A stretch of 64,000 bases of DNA from Eledone cirrhosa (GCA_964016885.1 OZ024763.1:21018001-21082000); one strand, 5' to 3'; positions 1 through 11,571 are shown, numbered from the stretch's first letter. The notes: generated from the sequence alone by a model not told the origin. Numbers and translations: made by a program.

Positions 1-687
1 AAATAAAATTAGAAATGTTAATAATCATGAATGGAAGATACATATATAATATGAGAAATTTAACCATTGTTTAAATATGATTAAATGTTTAGTTAATCAG
101 TTAAATATTGAGATACAATAAAAATTGAGATCTATATATTAAGAAATCTATATATTATTATTAAGACTATATTATTAAAAATCTATATATTATATAACAC
201 ATATACACACGCAAAAATACAAACATATAAATATATATACACACGTATAAAAATATATATATACATATCTAACTACGTATATAATATATACATACAAAAT
301 ATAAAGAATTTTATAATTTAAGATATAGGAATCTTATAAAATCAGAGAAAATCATTTCAATGTCATATCAAAGCAGCGTGAAGGAAAATTACGTTATTTA
401 GTTATATAAATGTTACGATTGTTAAGATATTAAAGGAAATTTTATGTTATACACACTTTGTTATTAAACAAATTTTTTTTATATAAGTTTTATAAGATTA
501 CCTGTTATGTAGTTATGACTGTTATTATATGTTTATTTGTCACGAACCTTGGGTTAATCCCTATAAATAAGTGCAATCGAATTGTATGCATATACACATA
601 TATATACATACACAATTCCCACATATACATACATATATGTACCCACACAAATAGGTAGATATGCATTACATATATATATATATATGT

Positions 688-1032
688 GGAGGCACATGGC
701 TTAGTGGTTAGAGCATTGGCCTTGCAATCGAAAGGTTGTGAGTTCAATTCTCAGACCGGGTGATGTGTTGTTTCCTTGAGCAAGACACTTTATTTCACAT
801 TGCTCCAGTTTACTCAGCTGTAGAAATGAGATGATAGGGACTGGGGTCCCTATCATTCCACTGCAAAGTGGTCGTGGAGGTGCCACGGCAAAAAAGCACC
901 CAGCGCTCACTGTAAATGAGGTTGGTGTTAGGAAGGGCATCCAGCTGTAGAAATCAAGCCAGAATCAGTTCCCGTCCCACCCTTGCAAGCAGGGAAAAGT
1001 GGACGTAAAATGAAATGAAATGAATGAAATGA
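688..1032 (+). mobile_element. tRNA-derived SINE, family A (tRNA head, CORE/Meta-like middle, RTE-type tail)
   Basis: Pol III box A TGGCTTAGTGG and box B GAGTTCAATTCTC; middle CCTTGAGCAAGACACTTTATTTCAC; tail GGTTGGTGTTAGGAAGGGCATCCAGCTGTAGAAA ending in a short simple repeat; near-identical copies at 12031, 12706, 13061, 42045 and 48925. Confidence 0.9.
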
Positions 1033-1332
1033 TACATACAGATAGACATACACGCATAAAATATATGTACATGTATATCAATACACACATACACATATAT
1101 ATACACACATATAGAGACAGAAGTATATATAAATACAGTATCTTTACTCCAATTATTTGTTGAGTGCTTTATATCAGTTATAAAAATATTAGCTTGTATA
1201 TAATATAAATAGAACTTTTACATATATATATATATAAATGAAGTAATTCCGTCGGAAAAGTCCAGGAAAAAAGAGTGCTCTATGTAGGTAACAGAGCTTA
1301 ATAGTTATGTAATAAACAACATAAGGCAATTA

Positions 1333-1391
1333 TTCCATTTACCAGTGGTTTCTTAAAAGCAAAAAATTTGCTTTTAATCCTCAGAATGAAA
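1333..1391 (-). ncRNA. Type I hammerhead ribozyme (canonical core)
   Basis: Minus strand reads TTTCATT-CTGAGGA-TTAAAAGCAAA-TTT-TTTGCTTTTAA-GAAACCACTGGTA-AATGGAA: stem I, CUGANGA, perfect 11-bp stem II, GAAA, near-palindromic stem III, GUA cleavage triplet. Confidence 0.85.
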
Positions 1392-1535
1392 AAATCCTGG
1401 TCTGTTTATTGAATTTGGATTTTAAAAACAAAAATGCAATCTATATGAAAGTGAGGCTGGAGAAAGAAGAAGGAAAGGAAAAATAAAATAAAACCACACA
1501 TGCAAACACACACACAAACACACAAAAGCATACAT

Positions 1536-1572
<37 letters not shown>

Positions 1573-2128
1573 CACACTCATACATACACACACTCATATA
1601 CACATATATATGTGTATATATATACACACATACACATACATATACACATACATACGCACATAAATATCAACACATCCATACATACACATACATATATACA
1701 ACCACACACACATATATACACACATATATATATATAGAAATATAAATATATATATATATAATAATAAAGATTATTATATAGTTGACAGCGGTACAAACGA
1801 CGGGTAGATGAACAGACACGCGTGGTAAGCAATACACACAAATGCACGTACACATACGTACGAAAAAGTAAATACATACACACACTCTCACACATAAATA
1901 TACATATACAAATACATAAACACATACATACACATACACAAATACATACACAAACACGCACACACACACGTATACAATTATACACACACACATATATATA
2001 TATATAAATACACACACACACACACATATATATGTATACATACACACACATATACATACATAGCTATACAATTATACACATACAAATACGTACATATCAT
2101 AAACACGCACAACCAAATACAAACACAT

Positions 2129-2257
<129 letters not shown>

Positions 2258-2359
2258 CACACACATATATGTGTGTAAAACTCAATCTTAGATAATTTCT
2301 ATGAACCTTACATATACATATATATAGTAGTAATGTTATAAAGCAACATAAGGCAATTA

Positions 2360-2420
2360 TTTCATTCACCAGTGGTTTCTTAAAAGCAAAAAAATTTTGC
2401 CTTCAATCCTCAGAATGAAA
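2360..2420 (-). ncRNA. Type I hammerhead ribozyme variant (GUG at cleavage site)
   Basis: Minus strand TTTCATT-CTGAGGA-TTGAAGGCAAAA...TTTGCTTTTAA-GAAACCACTGGTG-AATGAAA; non-canonical NUG triplet. Confidence 0.7.
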
Positions 2421-2592
2421 AAAACCTGGTCTATCTACATATACATATATATACACACATATATATATATATATACACATACACATACATACACATACAT
2501 ATTGGTATGTGAAGGGTAAGGCAAAAAGAATATATGCGGGGGGGGGGGGAAGACATAGGAAAAGGTGAAATATAAGGGGAGATAAGGGAGAA

Positions 2593-3879
2593 ATTATCTT
2601 TCATGCTAGAAAAACTTTACTCTTTACTAATGAAAATATTTGGGTTAAAAAGTCAAACCCTGAAAACTCTTTTGATGTTGCAATGGGTTCATATGATAGT
2701 GTGGATGTGTGTGACTTAGTAGGATTATTCCTTCTCCACACCCTCAAAGAGAAATTTCCTTCCCATAATATCGGTTTATACCGTGATGACGGATTAGCAG
2801 TTTCTCATACCACCAACGGCTATAACCTTGATAAATTCCGTAAAGATTTAATCAATACTTTTGCTAATCTTAACCTTAAAATCACTATAGATACGAACCT
2901 TACTAATTCTAACTTTCTTGATATTAATCTTGATCTACTTACCGCCTCTTTTATACCCTATCATAAACCTAATGAAAATCTTAGGTATATACACAAAGAG
3001 TCTTGCCATCCCCCTATAGTTTTTAATAATCTTATTCCTAACATTAGCTGTAGGATTTCTACCTTATCTTCGTCTATAGACATTTTTAATAAAGCCGCCC
3101 CTTATTATAATAAAGCCCTTAAGAACAGCGGCTTTACAGAAAACATTGCTTATTTACCTACTCCCCCCCCCCTAAAACTAACCACAATAACAGGAAAAGG
3201 AAGATTATTTGGTTCATACACCCCTTCTCTCTAACTGTCAAAACTAATGTAGGAAGGAAATTCCTTGAACTATTAGACAAACATTTTCCTCCTAATCATA
3301 GATATTATAAGATACTTAATAGGAACGTAGTTAAGATCAGCTACTCTTGTTGCCCATCTATGAAGTCCAAAATCACCAGTTCAAACCGTACGAGAATAAA
3401 TCCAGGATGCAGTTGCAGGAAGCCGGATGAATGCCCATTGCAGGGTAAATGTAACACCAAATCTGTCGTTTATGAGGCTAAGATAACGCCAGTAATCAAC
3501 AACCAGCCAGCCAGGAGTGAGCGATATGTCGGTATGACCCAGGACAGGTTTAAAACCAGATTTTACTCACATGTCGCTTCTTTTAAGCACTCCGATAAAC
3601 GAACATCAACGGCCCTCGCAAGTAAGGTGTGGGAACTCAAGGATAGTAACATCCCGTACTCTATTGATTGGTCTATCTTTAGACCATTCGAGGGAGTACC
3701 AAAGGGGCACAAAGAATTGTTCTTTGTGTACCACAGAAAAATATAGGATTTTGCTAAACTTGAGAGCCACTTCCGCTTGCCTTAACTCAAAGACTGAGAT
3801 CTTCAGATGCTGTCCTCATCTGAAATCACATCTGATCTGTAACTGGATTGACACTCCTATGATAAATCAACCGCCTTGA
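2593..3879 (+). pseudogene. 5'-truncated Penelope-like retroelement RT + GIY-YIG endonuclease (Naiad-like), two frameshifts
   Basis: FDVAMGSYDSVDVCDLVGL and GLYRDDGL RT motifs; IIWF..PFS..VKTNVGRKFL thumb region; CSCRKPDECPLQGKC linker; VVY...RYVGMT..FKTRFYSH GIY-YIG; C-terminal CSLCTTEK and LNSKTEIFRCCPH. Frameshifts in poly-C at ~3165 and at ~3685. Confidence 0.9.
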
Positions 3880-4113
3880 AGTCCTTCTCTGCTCTTTACT
3901 TCTGCTACGGTTTTTTTTATTTGCTGAATCCACGTTCTGTAATCTTGTATTTATTTTCTCCCTTATCTCCCCTTATATTTCACCTTTTCCTATGCCCCCC
4001 CCCCATATATTCTTTTTGCCTTACCCTTCACATACCAATATGTATATGTATGTGTATGTGTATATATAATTATATATATGTGTGTGTATATATATGTAGA
4101 TAGACCAGGTTTT

Positions 4114-4174
4114 TTTCGTTCTGAGGATTGAAGGTAACATTTTTTTGCTTTTAAGAAACCACTGGTGAATGGAA
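4114..4174 (+). ncRNA. Type I hammerhead ribozyme variant (GUG at cleavage site)
   Basis: TTTCGTT-CTGAGGA-TTGAAGGTAA-CATTTTT-TTGCTTTTAA-GAAACCACTGGTG-AATGGAA; stem II pairs with several G-U wobbles. Confidence 0.7.
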
Positions 4175-5153
4175 TAATTGCCTTATGTTGCTTTATAACA
4201 TTACTACTATATATATGTATATGTAAGGTTCATATGAATTATCTAAGATTGAGTTTTACACACACATATATATGTGTGTGTATATATATATATATATATG
4301 TATGTGTTTGTGTTTGTATTTGGTTGTGCGTGTTTATGATATGTACGTATTTGTATGTGTATAATTGTATAGCTATGTATGTATGTGTGTGTGTATGTAT
4401 TTACTTTTTCGTCCGTATGTGTACGTGCATTTGTGTGTATTGCTTACCACGCGTGTCTGTTCATCTACCCGTCGTTTGTATTGCTGTCAACTATATAATA
4501 ATCTTTATTATTATTTTATTTTATTTTTTTTTTTTTTATTATATATACATATATATTTTTTTATTATATATATTTTTTCTTATATTTATTTTTTCTTATA
4601 TTTATTTGCGTGTGTGAATATGTAGAGGAGTGTATATTTTTCTAATTTTGTACATGTATATGTACGCATTTATGTATGTGTATGTATGTACGTGTGTATA
4701 TAGGTATGATTGTGTGCATGTATGTATGTATGTATATGTATGTGTGTATGGCTATGTATGTGTATGTGTATGCATGTATATATATATGTATATATATATT
4801 TATATTTCTCTCTATATATATATATGTGTGTATATATGTGTGTGTGGTTGTATATATGTGTGTATGTATGGATGTGTTGATATTTATGTGCGTATGTGCG
4901 TATGTGTATATGTATGTGTATGTGTGTATTTATATACACGTGTATATGAGTGTGTGTATGTATGAGTGTATGTATATATATATATGTGTGTGTGTGTATG
5001 TATGCTTTTGTGTGTGTGTGTGTGTCTTTGTGTGTGTGTTTGCATGTGTGGTTTTATTTTATTTTTCCTTTTCTTCTTCTTTCTCCAGCCTCACTTTCAT
5101 ATAGATTGCATTTTTGTTTTTAAAATCCAAATTCAATAAACAGACCAGGATTT

Positions 5154-5213
5154 TTTCATTCTGAGGGTTAAAAGCAAAATTTTTTGCTTTTAAGAAACCA
5201 TTGGTAAATGGAA
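5154..5213 (+). ncRNA. Type I hammerhead ribozyme (core A9>G variant, GUA site)
   Basis: TTTCATT-CTGAGGG-TTAAAAGCAAAA...TTTTGCTTTTAA-GAAACCATTGGTA-AATGGAA. Confidence 0.72.
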
Positions 5214-5238
5214 TAATTGCCTTATGTTGTTTATTACA

Positions 5239-5269
<31 letters not shown>

Positions 5270-5273
<4 letters not shown>

Positions 5274-5845
5274 GTTTCTACTTTTGGCACAAGGCCAACA
5301 ATTATCCCAGTGTATTACTGGCACTTTATTTTATCGACCCCGTAAGGATGAAAGGCAAAGTTAACCTCGGCGGGATTTGAACTCAGATCATAAAGGGGCG
5401 TAACTCTTTGCTGCAAAGCATGGCGTCCTACCCTCTACCGATACTGCCAATCCATCGCCTTATTATATATATATATATATATATATAATTGTTTCTATTT
5501 TAGGCACAAGGCCAGTAATTATCCAGTACATTACTGGTACTTTATTTTATCGACCCCGTAAGGATGAAAGGCAAAGTGAACTCAGATGATAAAGGGACGT
5601 AACTCTATGCTTCAAAGCATGGTGTCCAACTCTCTACCGATACTGCCAATCCACATATAATTGTTTCTACTTTAGGCACAAGGCCAGCAATTACCCAGTG
5701 CATTACTGGTACTTTATTTTATCGACCCCGTAAGGATGAAAGGCAAAGTCAACCTCGGCGGGATTTGAACTCAGATCGTAAAGGGACGTAACTATGCTGG
5801 AAAGCATGGCGTCCGACCCTCTACCGATACTGCCAATCCACCGCA
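5270..5845 (-). mobile_element. Three tandem copies of tRNA-derived SINE family B (Nin/Deu-like domain)
   Basis: Copies at ~5270-5462, 5487-5655 and 5658-5845; minus strand GGATTGGCAGTATCGGTAGAG...GAGTTCAAATCCCGCCGAGGTTGACTTTGCCTTTCATCCTTACGGGGTCGATAAAATAAAGTACCAG...AGAAACAATT. Confidence 0.85.
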
Positions 5846-5992
5846 CATATAATATAATATAGTTAGCACCCTAAACGTATAATTGGGAATATACTTAGGT
5901 ATTTCCTAATGTTTGAGAGTGAGATGGAAGTTTGTCGGAGTATCGCTAATAGCTTTCTCTGTTAATGTATTAAATATATAAATATATATATA

Positions 5993-7657
5993 ATCATCAT
6001 CATCATCATCATCGTTTAACGTCCATGTTCCACGCTTGCATGGGTTTGGACGGGAGTTTTCCCACTTGAGGCAAGAGTAGTTGTCTTGCTCGCATAGGAC
6101 TGTCTGGCGGGTTTTCTACAGCTGGATGCCCTTCCTAACACCAACCACATTTACAGTGTTGGGCTGGGAGGTTTTTACCGTGTTGCCTACACGGCCACAT
6201 TACAGCGTGGACTGTGTGTTTTTTTTGTCGTGACACCTACACGATCTCATTTGTTTCGGCCTGGATGTTGTGGCACCAACATAACTTTACATTGAAAGGG
6301 GCGGTGTGGATGGGTGGGGGTGGTGGGACGGGGGTGTGTTTTGTTAGAAACGCCTACTGACTGTAGTAGGTTTTACTTTGTATTTAGGTCAGGCGGGTCT
6401 TCTCTATTACTGAGTACCGCCAAAGGTCTCGGTCCAGTGACATTGTCTTGGAGAGGTGTAAGTGTGTGAGGTCGGAATTTATCATGTCGTCCCAGGTTTT
6501 TCTGGGTCTGCCTACTCCGTGGCTACCGTCTATCTTTATTGCCCTGCACTTTGTTATACAGCTGTCGTCTTTCATGCGCATCACGTGACCATACCAACGT
6601 AGCCTTCTCTCGAGTAAACAACATCTGATCCCTCTTATTTCTAATTTTTTCCTTAGTTCGTTTATGCTTTGCTGTTCACGTATATTACTATTACACATCC
6701 AGCGGAGCATGCAAGCTTCGTTCCTCTCTAGTCTGCATATATCCTCTGCACACAATGCCCAGGTCTCACTGCCATGCAACATTGCTGTCCGTATGCAGGC
6801 ATCATACAACCTGCCTTTCATTTTTAGGGAGAACCCTTTAGCGGCTAATAGTGGTATAAGCTCTCTGAACTTTTTCCATCCAATTCTGACTCTAGCTACT
6901 GTACTTTCAGAGCACCCTCCCCCACTGCTGATTTTGTCACCCAGGTAACGGAAGCTGTCCACTATTTCTATAGAACCCTCTGCGCAATTGAAAGAGCTAG
7001 TATTTCGTGGACACTTGCTGCTACTTATTGCACCAGAGCACCGCCCACATGTAAAATCTATGTTCTTAGTTAGCTTACCTGTGATCCCACTACATCTTTT
7101 ATGCACCCATACTTTGCATTTGGGACATAAAATGGAGTTTCTACCTACGCCTTTCCTACACACTGAGCATGGCCATGTCTCGGAAGGGACCGGCACCTTA
7201 TTTTCTTTCCTACAAACTAGAACTTTAGTCTTAGCCAGGTTAATTTTAAGGCCTTTTGATTCTAGGCTGTGCTTCCATGTTTGGAATTTCTTCTCTAGCT
7301 CGGCCATTGATTCAGCTATGAGCGTTAGATCATCTGCGTATAGGAGTTCCCATGGGCAGCCGGTCTTGAACTCCTCTGTTATAGCCTGAAGGGCAATAAT
7401 AAATAGTAGGGGGCTAATGGACACCAACTTTTACGCTAAACTCTTCACTATATTCGTTGTTAATTCTAACCTTGCTGACTGTTTCTTTATACATGGCTTG
7501 TATAGCTCTCACAAGCCTAGTTCGTCAACACCTAGTTTTCTAAGAGCCCCCCAGATAATGGAACGGGGGACTCTGTCAAAGGCTTTCTCCAAGTCGACAA
7601 AAGCTAAATATAGGGGTTTACTTTTAGCTAGGTACTTCTCCTGTAGTTGTCGTACAA
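5993..7657 (-). mobile_element. 5'-truncated RTE-clade LINE (RT C-terminal half, PHD-like finger, 3' UTR with (ATG)n tail)
   Basis: ORF 6384-7427 with ELLYADD, a C4HC3 motif, MLHGSETW and RLRWYGHVMR; upstream piece AFVDLEKAFDRVPR; disrupted at ~7415-7510; diverged from the 8452 copy. Confidence 0.92.
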
Positions 7658-7956
7658 TATATATAGATATATATATATATATATTGTACGACAACTACAC
7701 TGTACCACTTTGACCCCTCTAACTAAATTTTGTCCGAACAACACCACTAGAAGAATCTACTTCCCAGCCAACCTTAGCACGCCTCATTAAGCTAACTGCT
7801 GCCAAAACATTCTCTCTTCACAATCTCTACTAGTCTGAAAGTCTTAAACACTAAGACTCCCTCCACCTTACACACTTCCCTCTTCACCTTCTCTTCCTAC
7901 CTCCTTCTTTATCTTTTATCTAGTGTATAAAATATTTTCATATCATTCTAATACAA

Positions 7957-8073
7957 AGGTCTGATGACATGGTGTGTTGGCTTACAGTGTACTTTCGGTT
8001 TTTGATAATATTTGTGTATTATTCAAATAGCGAGGTATAGGTAACTCATACACTATAGAAACAATTGTTACCT
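7957..8073 (+). ncRNA. Type I hammerhead ribozyme with ~90-nt extended stem II
   Basis: AGGT-CTGATGA-[CATGGTGTGT...ATACACTATA long imperfect hairpin]-GAAAC-AATT-GTT-ACCT followed by AATAAA; stem I AGGT/ACCT, palindromic stem III, GUU site. Confidence 0.7.
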
Positions 8074-8146
8074 AATAAATTCTATATACCCGCATTTCCA
8101 TTTCGTAAATTTTTTCTCCATATATATATATATATATATATATATA

Positions 8147-11100
8147 TCATCATCATCATCATCATCACCGTTTTACGTCCGTTCTTCCACGCTAGCATGG
8201 GTTAGACGGGTTGTCCTGTTGTGGGCAGTGTCTGGTCGGCTGACCATGCCTTGCTCATACAGGAACTGATCTGGCTTGATTTCTACAGCTGGATGCCCTT
8301 CCTAACACCAACCTCATTTACAGTGAGTGCTGGGTGCTTTTTCGTGGCGCCTACACGTCCACTTTACAGTGTGGGCTGGGTGCTTTTTTGCCGTGGCACC
8401 TCCACGGCCACCTTGCGGTGGAGGGGGGGGGGGGCATATTGTTTATATGCTTCAGCATGTACCCATGGGAGGTCGGGTACCCTGTATTACTGCGTGACGC
8501 CAGAAGTCACGGTCGTGTGTCATTGACTTTGAGAGGTGTAGTTGGGTAAGGTCGGCTTTTATCACCTCATCCCAAGTCATCTTGGGTCTCCCCACTCCGC
8601 GGTTTCCATCAACTTCTAGTGCTCTGCACCTTTTTATGCAGCTGTCATCCTTCATACGCATCACATGTCCATACCAGCGTAACCGCCTCTCCTGCACGCA
8701 GCATTTGATTCCTCTTATGCTCAGTCTCTCTCTCAATTCCTTTATGCTTTGTCGTTCACGTATATTACTGTTACACATCCATCGGAGCATGCAGGCTTCG
8801 TTTCTCTCTAATCTACGTAAGTCTTCCACCTTCAGCGCCCAGGTCTCACTACCATGCAACATCGCTGTTCGGATACACGCATCATACAGTCTGCCTTTCA
8901 TTCTGAGGGAGAAGCCTTTTGCAGCTAGCAGTGGTAGTAGTTCCCTAAACTTCTTCCATCCCGTTCTTACCCTAGTTATTGTACTTTCTGAGCACCCACC
9001 TCCGTTGCTAATTCGGTCACCTAGGTAGCAGAAGCTGTCTACTGTTTCTACAGGGCCCTCCCAGAGATTGGTGGTACTTGTTTCCTGTGGCTGTTTGCTT
9101 GCTGTTTCAGCACAGCTGCTGCATGTGAATCCTACATTCTTAATTAAGCTTCCTGAGATCCCGCTACATCTCTTGTGTACCCATTGTTTGCATTTGGGGC
9201 AGAGAATGGAGTTTCTACCTACACCTTTCCTACATACTGAGCAAGGCCATTTCCCTGAGGGGATCTGGGTTCTGTTTTCTCGTCTACTTACAAGGACCTT
9301 AGTCTTTGTCATGTTGACTTTGAGGCCCTTTCTCTCTAGTCCCTGCTTCCAGGTTTGGAATTTATTCTCTAGTTCTACCATAGATTCAGCTATGAGTGCG
9401 AGGTCATCAGCATACAGGAGTTCCCATGGGCATCCGGTCTTAAACTCCTCCGTTATTGCCTGCAGGACTATGATGAACAGGAGAGGGCTAAGAACAGAGC
9501 CCTGGTGGACCCCAACCTGTACGCTAAATTCCTCGCTATACTCATTGCCAATCCTAACTTTGCTGACTGCTCCCCTATACATGGCTTGTACCGCTTTCAC
9601 AAGCCATTCATCTACTCCTAGTTTTCTAAGAGCCCACCAGATTACTGCACGTGGAACTCTGTCAAAGGCTTTCTCAAGGTCGACAAATGCCAAGTAGAGT
9701 GGCTTACTTTTAGCTAGGTACTTTTCCTGTAATTGCCTCACAAGGAAGAGGGCATCAGTGGTGCCTTTCCCTGGTACAAACCCAAATTGCATCTCGTCTA
9801 TATTCACCCGGTCCCTAATCAGCTGTGCTATAACTCTTTCTGTTACTTTCATGACCTGGTCCATCAACTTTATACCTCTATAGTTTCCTCTATCTAGTGC
9901 ATCGCCTTTACCTTTGTAGCAGTTGACAATGATGCTACTGCACCAATCTTTTGGTATGGCCTCCTCTAGTATTACCTGGTTAACGATACGTGTGGTTATA
10001 GTGTGACCTACAGACCCAGATGCCTTCAGCATCTCGGCAGCTATACCCGATGGACCGGTTGCCTTCCCTATCTTCATATCTCTGATTGCCTTACTTACTA
10101 CGCTGCCGCTGACTTGTACTGCTGGTCCCTCTATAGGGTCTACGTGGGGTAGGGTCTCTTCTTCCCATGCATTCTCCTCATTTAGTAATCTATCATAATG
10201 ACTCTTCCATGCATCTTTCTTCTCAGCACTTGTGAGGGCAAGCTCACCTTTATCATTCCGGATACACTTCTCTCCAATGACATCACAACTATCTCTGACA
10301 CACTGCCTCGCAATCTTGAATACCTCCTGTTTCTGGTCCTCACGTTGTAAAACATGCTTGAATTTTCTATCCTCTGCTTCCCTCCTAGCTAAGTATACTT
10401 GTCGCCTAGCTTCCCTCTTGGTCTCTATGTAATGTACCCTGCTCCCCCCGTTCTTCCATTCTTTCCATGCCTGTCTCTTGGCCTTGACTGCTTCATCTAC
10501 CTTATTGTTCCACCACCAAGTCACTCTCCTCCTGCTTGAGGTCTTACTCCAGCCACAAACCTCATCCGTCGCCTCTAGTAAGTTATTTTTTAGGAACTCC
10601 CAGTTCTCTTCTACGTTAAATGTCTCTATCTGTTCTTCTTTACTGTCGTAGGCGTTGAGTAAAATATCTTTAAATCTGTTACTGGTTGAGGGGACTTTCA
10701 GCTTCCAGATCTTTCTTCTCCAGGTTGGCCTCTGTTTCAGGGCTCGTCTAGTTCTGACCGTGAGGTCGCTGACAACTAAGCTATGTTGGGATGTACATTC
10801 CTCACTAGGGAAGGCTTTTGTGTTTACGACCGTCCATCTGTCACGTCCTCTGATGAGGATAAAATCTAACTGACTAGAGTGCTCCCCTGATCTATAGGTG
10901 ATCAGGTGGTTGTCGGGTTTTTTAAAGTTTGTGTTACATATCGACATGTCATTGGCGTCGCAGAATTCTAGAAGTCTGAATCCTTCCTCATTCCTTGTGC
11001 CAACTCCATGGCCTCCATGTACTCTATTGAAGCCGTCGCAGTGTTTACCTACGTGTCCGTTAAAATCTCCTGCAATGATTAGGAAGTCCTTGTCGTCTGT

Positions 11101-11556
11101 TAGAGCAGTAGTGTGTATTAGGGACTCGTAAAACCTATCCTTAAGTTCGTCTGGCAGCCCCGATTGGGGTGCGTAAGCTGATATTATTGTGGTAATTGTC
11201 TTATTCAGGACTAGTCTAAGTTTAATGATTCTTGCATTTACCCTGTACACTGAGATTACTTTATCTACCCACTTGTCAGCTAATAGTATACCTACACCAC
11301 CCATCCCATCGTCATTTCCCACCCAGAAAAATTTGTAGCACTGGCTTTTTCCTACAAGGACTCTAGCAGACCCTCCTCTCCATCTAGTCTCTTGCACACA
11401 GCATACATCAACTTCCTTTCGCTCTAGCATTTCTACGATTTCTCCTGCTCTTCCTTTCATTGAGCCTACATTGATGGTACCAACTCGGAGTTTTGGGCAT
11501 TTGTCGACACTCGTAGGGGAGGGTCTCTGGGTTGGCGCTTCACGTGGGTGCTTGGT
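8147..11556 (-). mobile_element. Near full-length RTE-clade LINE
   Basis: Single long ORF, ~300-bp 3' UTR, (ATG)n tail at 8147-8167; both ends abut (AT)n. Confidence 0.95.
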
Positions 11557-11571
11557 ATATATATATAACAT
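8452..11571 (-). CDS. RTE LINE protein: APE endonuclease + reverse transcriptase + PHD-type zinc finger (1039 aa, uninterrupted)
   Basis: APE motifs TINVGS, CVQETRW, SAYAPQ, AGDFNGHVG, LDFIL, SQH; RT motifs NYRGIKL, QFGFVPGKGTTD, FVDLEKAFDRV, GVHQGSVLSP, YADD, FCYLG; C-x2-C-x10-C-x2-C-x4-H-x2-C-x14-C-x2-C at 9112-9243. The first ATG lies in the AT flank. Confidence 0.95.
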   Translation of the reverse strand: MLYIYTKHPREAPTQRPSPTSVDKCPKLRVGTINVGSMKGRAGEIVEMLERKEVDVCCVQETRWRGGSARVLVGKSQCYKFFWVGNDDGMGGVGILLADKWVDKVISVYRVNARIIKLRLVLNKTITTIISAYAPQSGLPDELKDRFYESLIHTTALTDDKDFLIIAGDFNGHVGKHCDGFNRVHGGHGVGTRNEEGFRLLEFCDANDMSICNTNFKKPDNHLITYRSGEHSSQLDFILIRGRDRWTVVNTKAFPSEECTSQHSLVVSDLTVRTRRALKQRPTWRRKIWKLKVPSTSNRFKDILLNAYDSKEEQIETFNVEENWEFLKNNLLEATDEVCGWSKTSSRRRVTWWWNNKVDEAVKAKRQAWKEWKNGGSRVHYIETKREARRQVYLARREAEDRKFKHVLQREDQKQEVFKIARQCVRDSCDVIGEKCIRNDKGELALTSAEKKDAWKSHYDRLLNEENAWEEETLPHVDPIEGPAVQVSGSVVSKAIRDMKIGKATGPSGIAAEMLKASGSVGHTITTRIVNQVILEEAIPKDWCSSIIVNCYKGKGDALDRGNYRGIKLMDQVMKVTERVIAQLIRDRVNIDEMQFGFVPGKGTTDALFLVRQLQEKYLAKSKPLYLAFVDLEKAFDRVPRAVIWWALRKLGVDEWLVKAVQAMYRGAVSKVRIGNEYSEEFSVQVGVHQGSVLSPLLFIIVLQAITEEFKTGCPWELLYADDLALIAESMVELENKFQTWKQGLERKGLKVNMTKTKVLVSRRENRTQIPSGKWPCSVCRKGVGRNSILCPKCKQWVHKRCSGISGSLIKNVGFTCSSCAETASKQPQETSTTNLWEGPVETVDSFCYLGDRISNGGGCSESTITRVRTGWKKFRELLPLLAAKGFSLRMKGRLYDACIRTAMLHGSETWALKVEDLRRLERNEACMLRWMCNSNIRERQSIKELRERLSIRGIKCCVQERRLRWYGHVMRMKDDSCIKRCRALEVDGNRGVGRPKMTWDEVIKADLTQLHLSKSMTHDRDFWRHAVIQGTRPPMGTC

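Larger units (their letters stand above)
3955..5245 (+). repeat. 3' region / pseudo-LTR of the Penelope-like element (right arm of the inverted repeat)
   Basis: Follows the EN stop codon; contains two HHR modules ~1.04 kb apart; inverted copy at 1302-2593. Confidence 0.85.

Noticed and set aside
688-760. tRNA gene
   Set aside because: A and B boxes present but no complete cloverleaf; continues into the SINE body.
701-940. Recurrent [20 protein letters not shown]...
   Set aside because: Antisense reading of SINE family A; recurs because the SINE recurs.
3330-3879. Selenocysteine recoding, reported for some Naiad PLEs
   Set aside because: The conserved Cys positions here are TGT/TGC; no in-frame TGA seen before the terminal stop.
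8582-11131. Plus-strand ORFs overlapping the LINE
   Set aside because: Antisense shadows of the RT/APE ORF.
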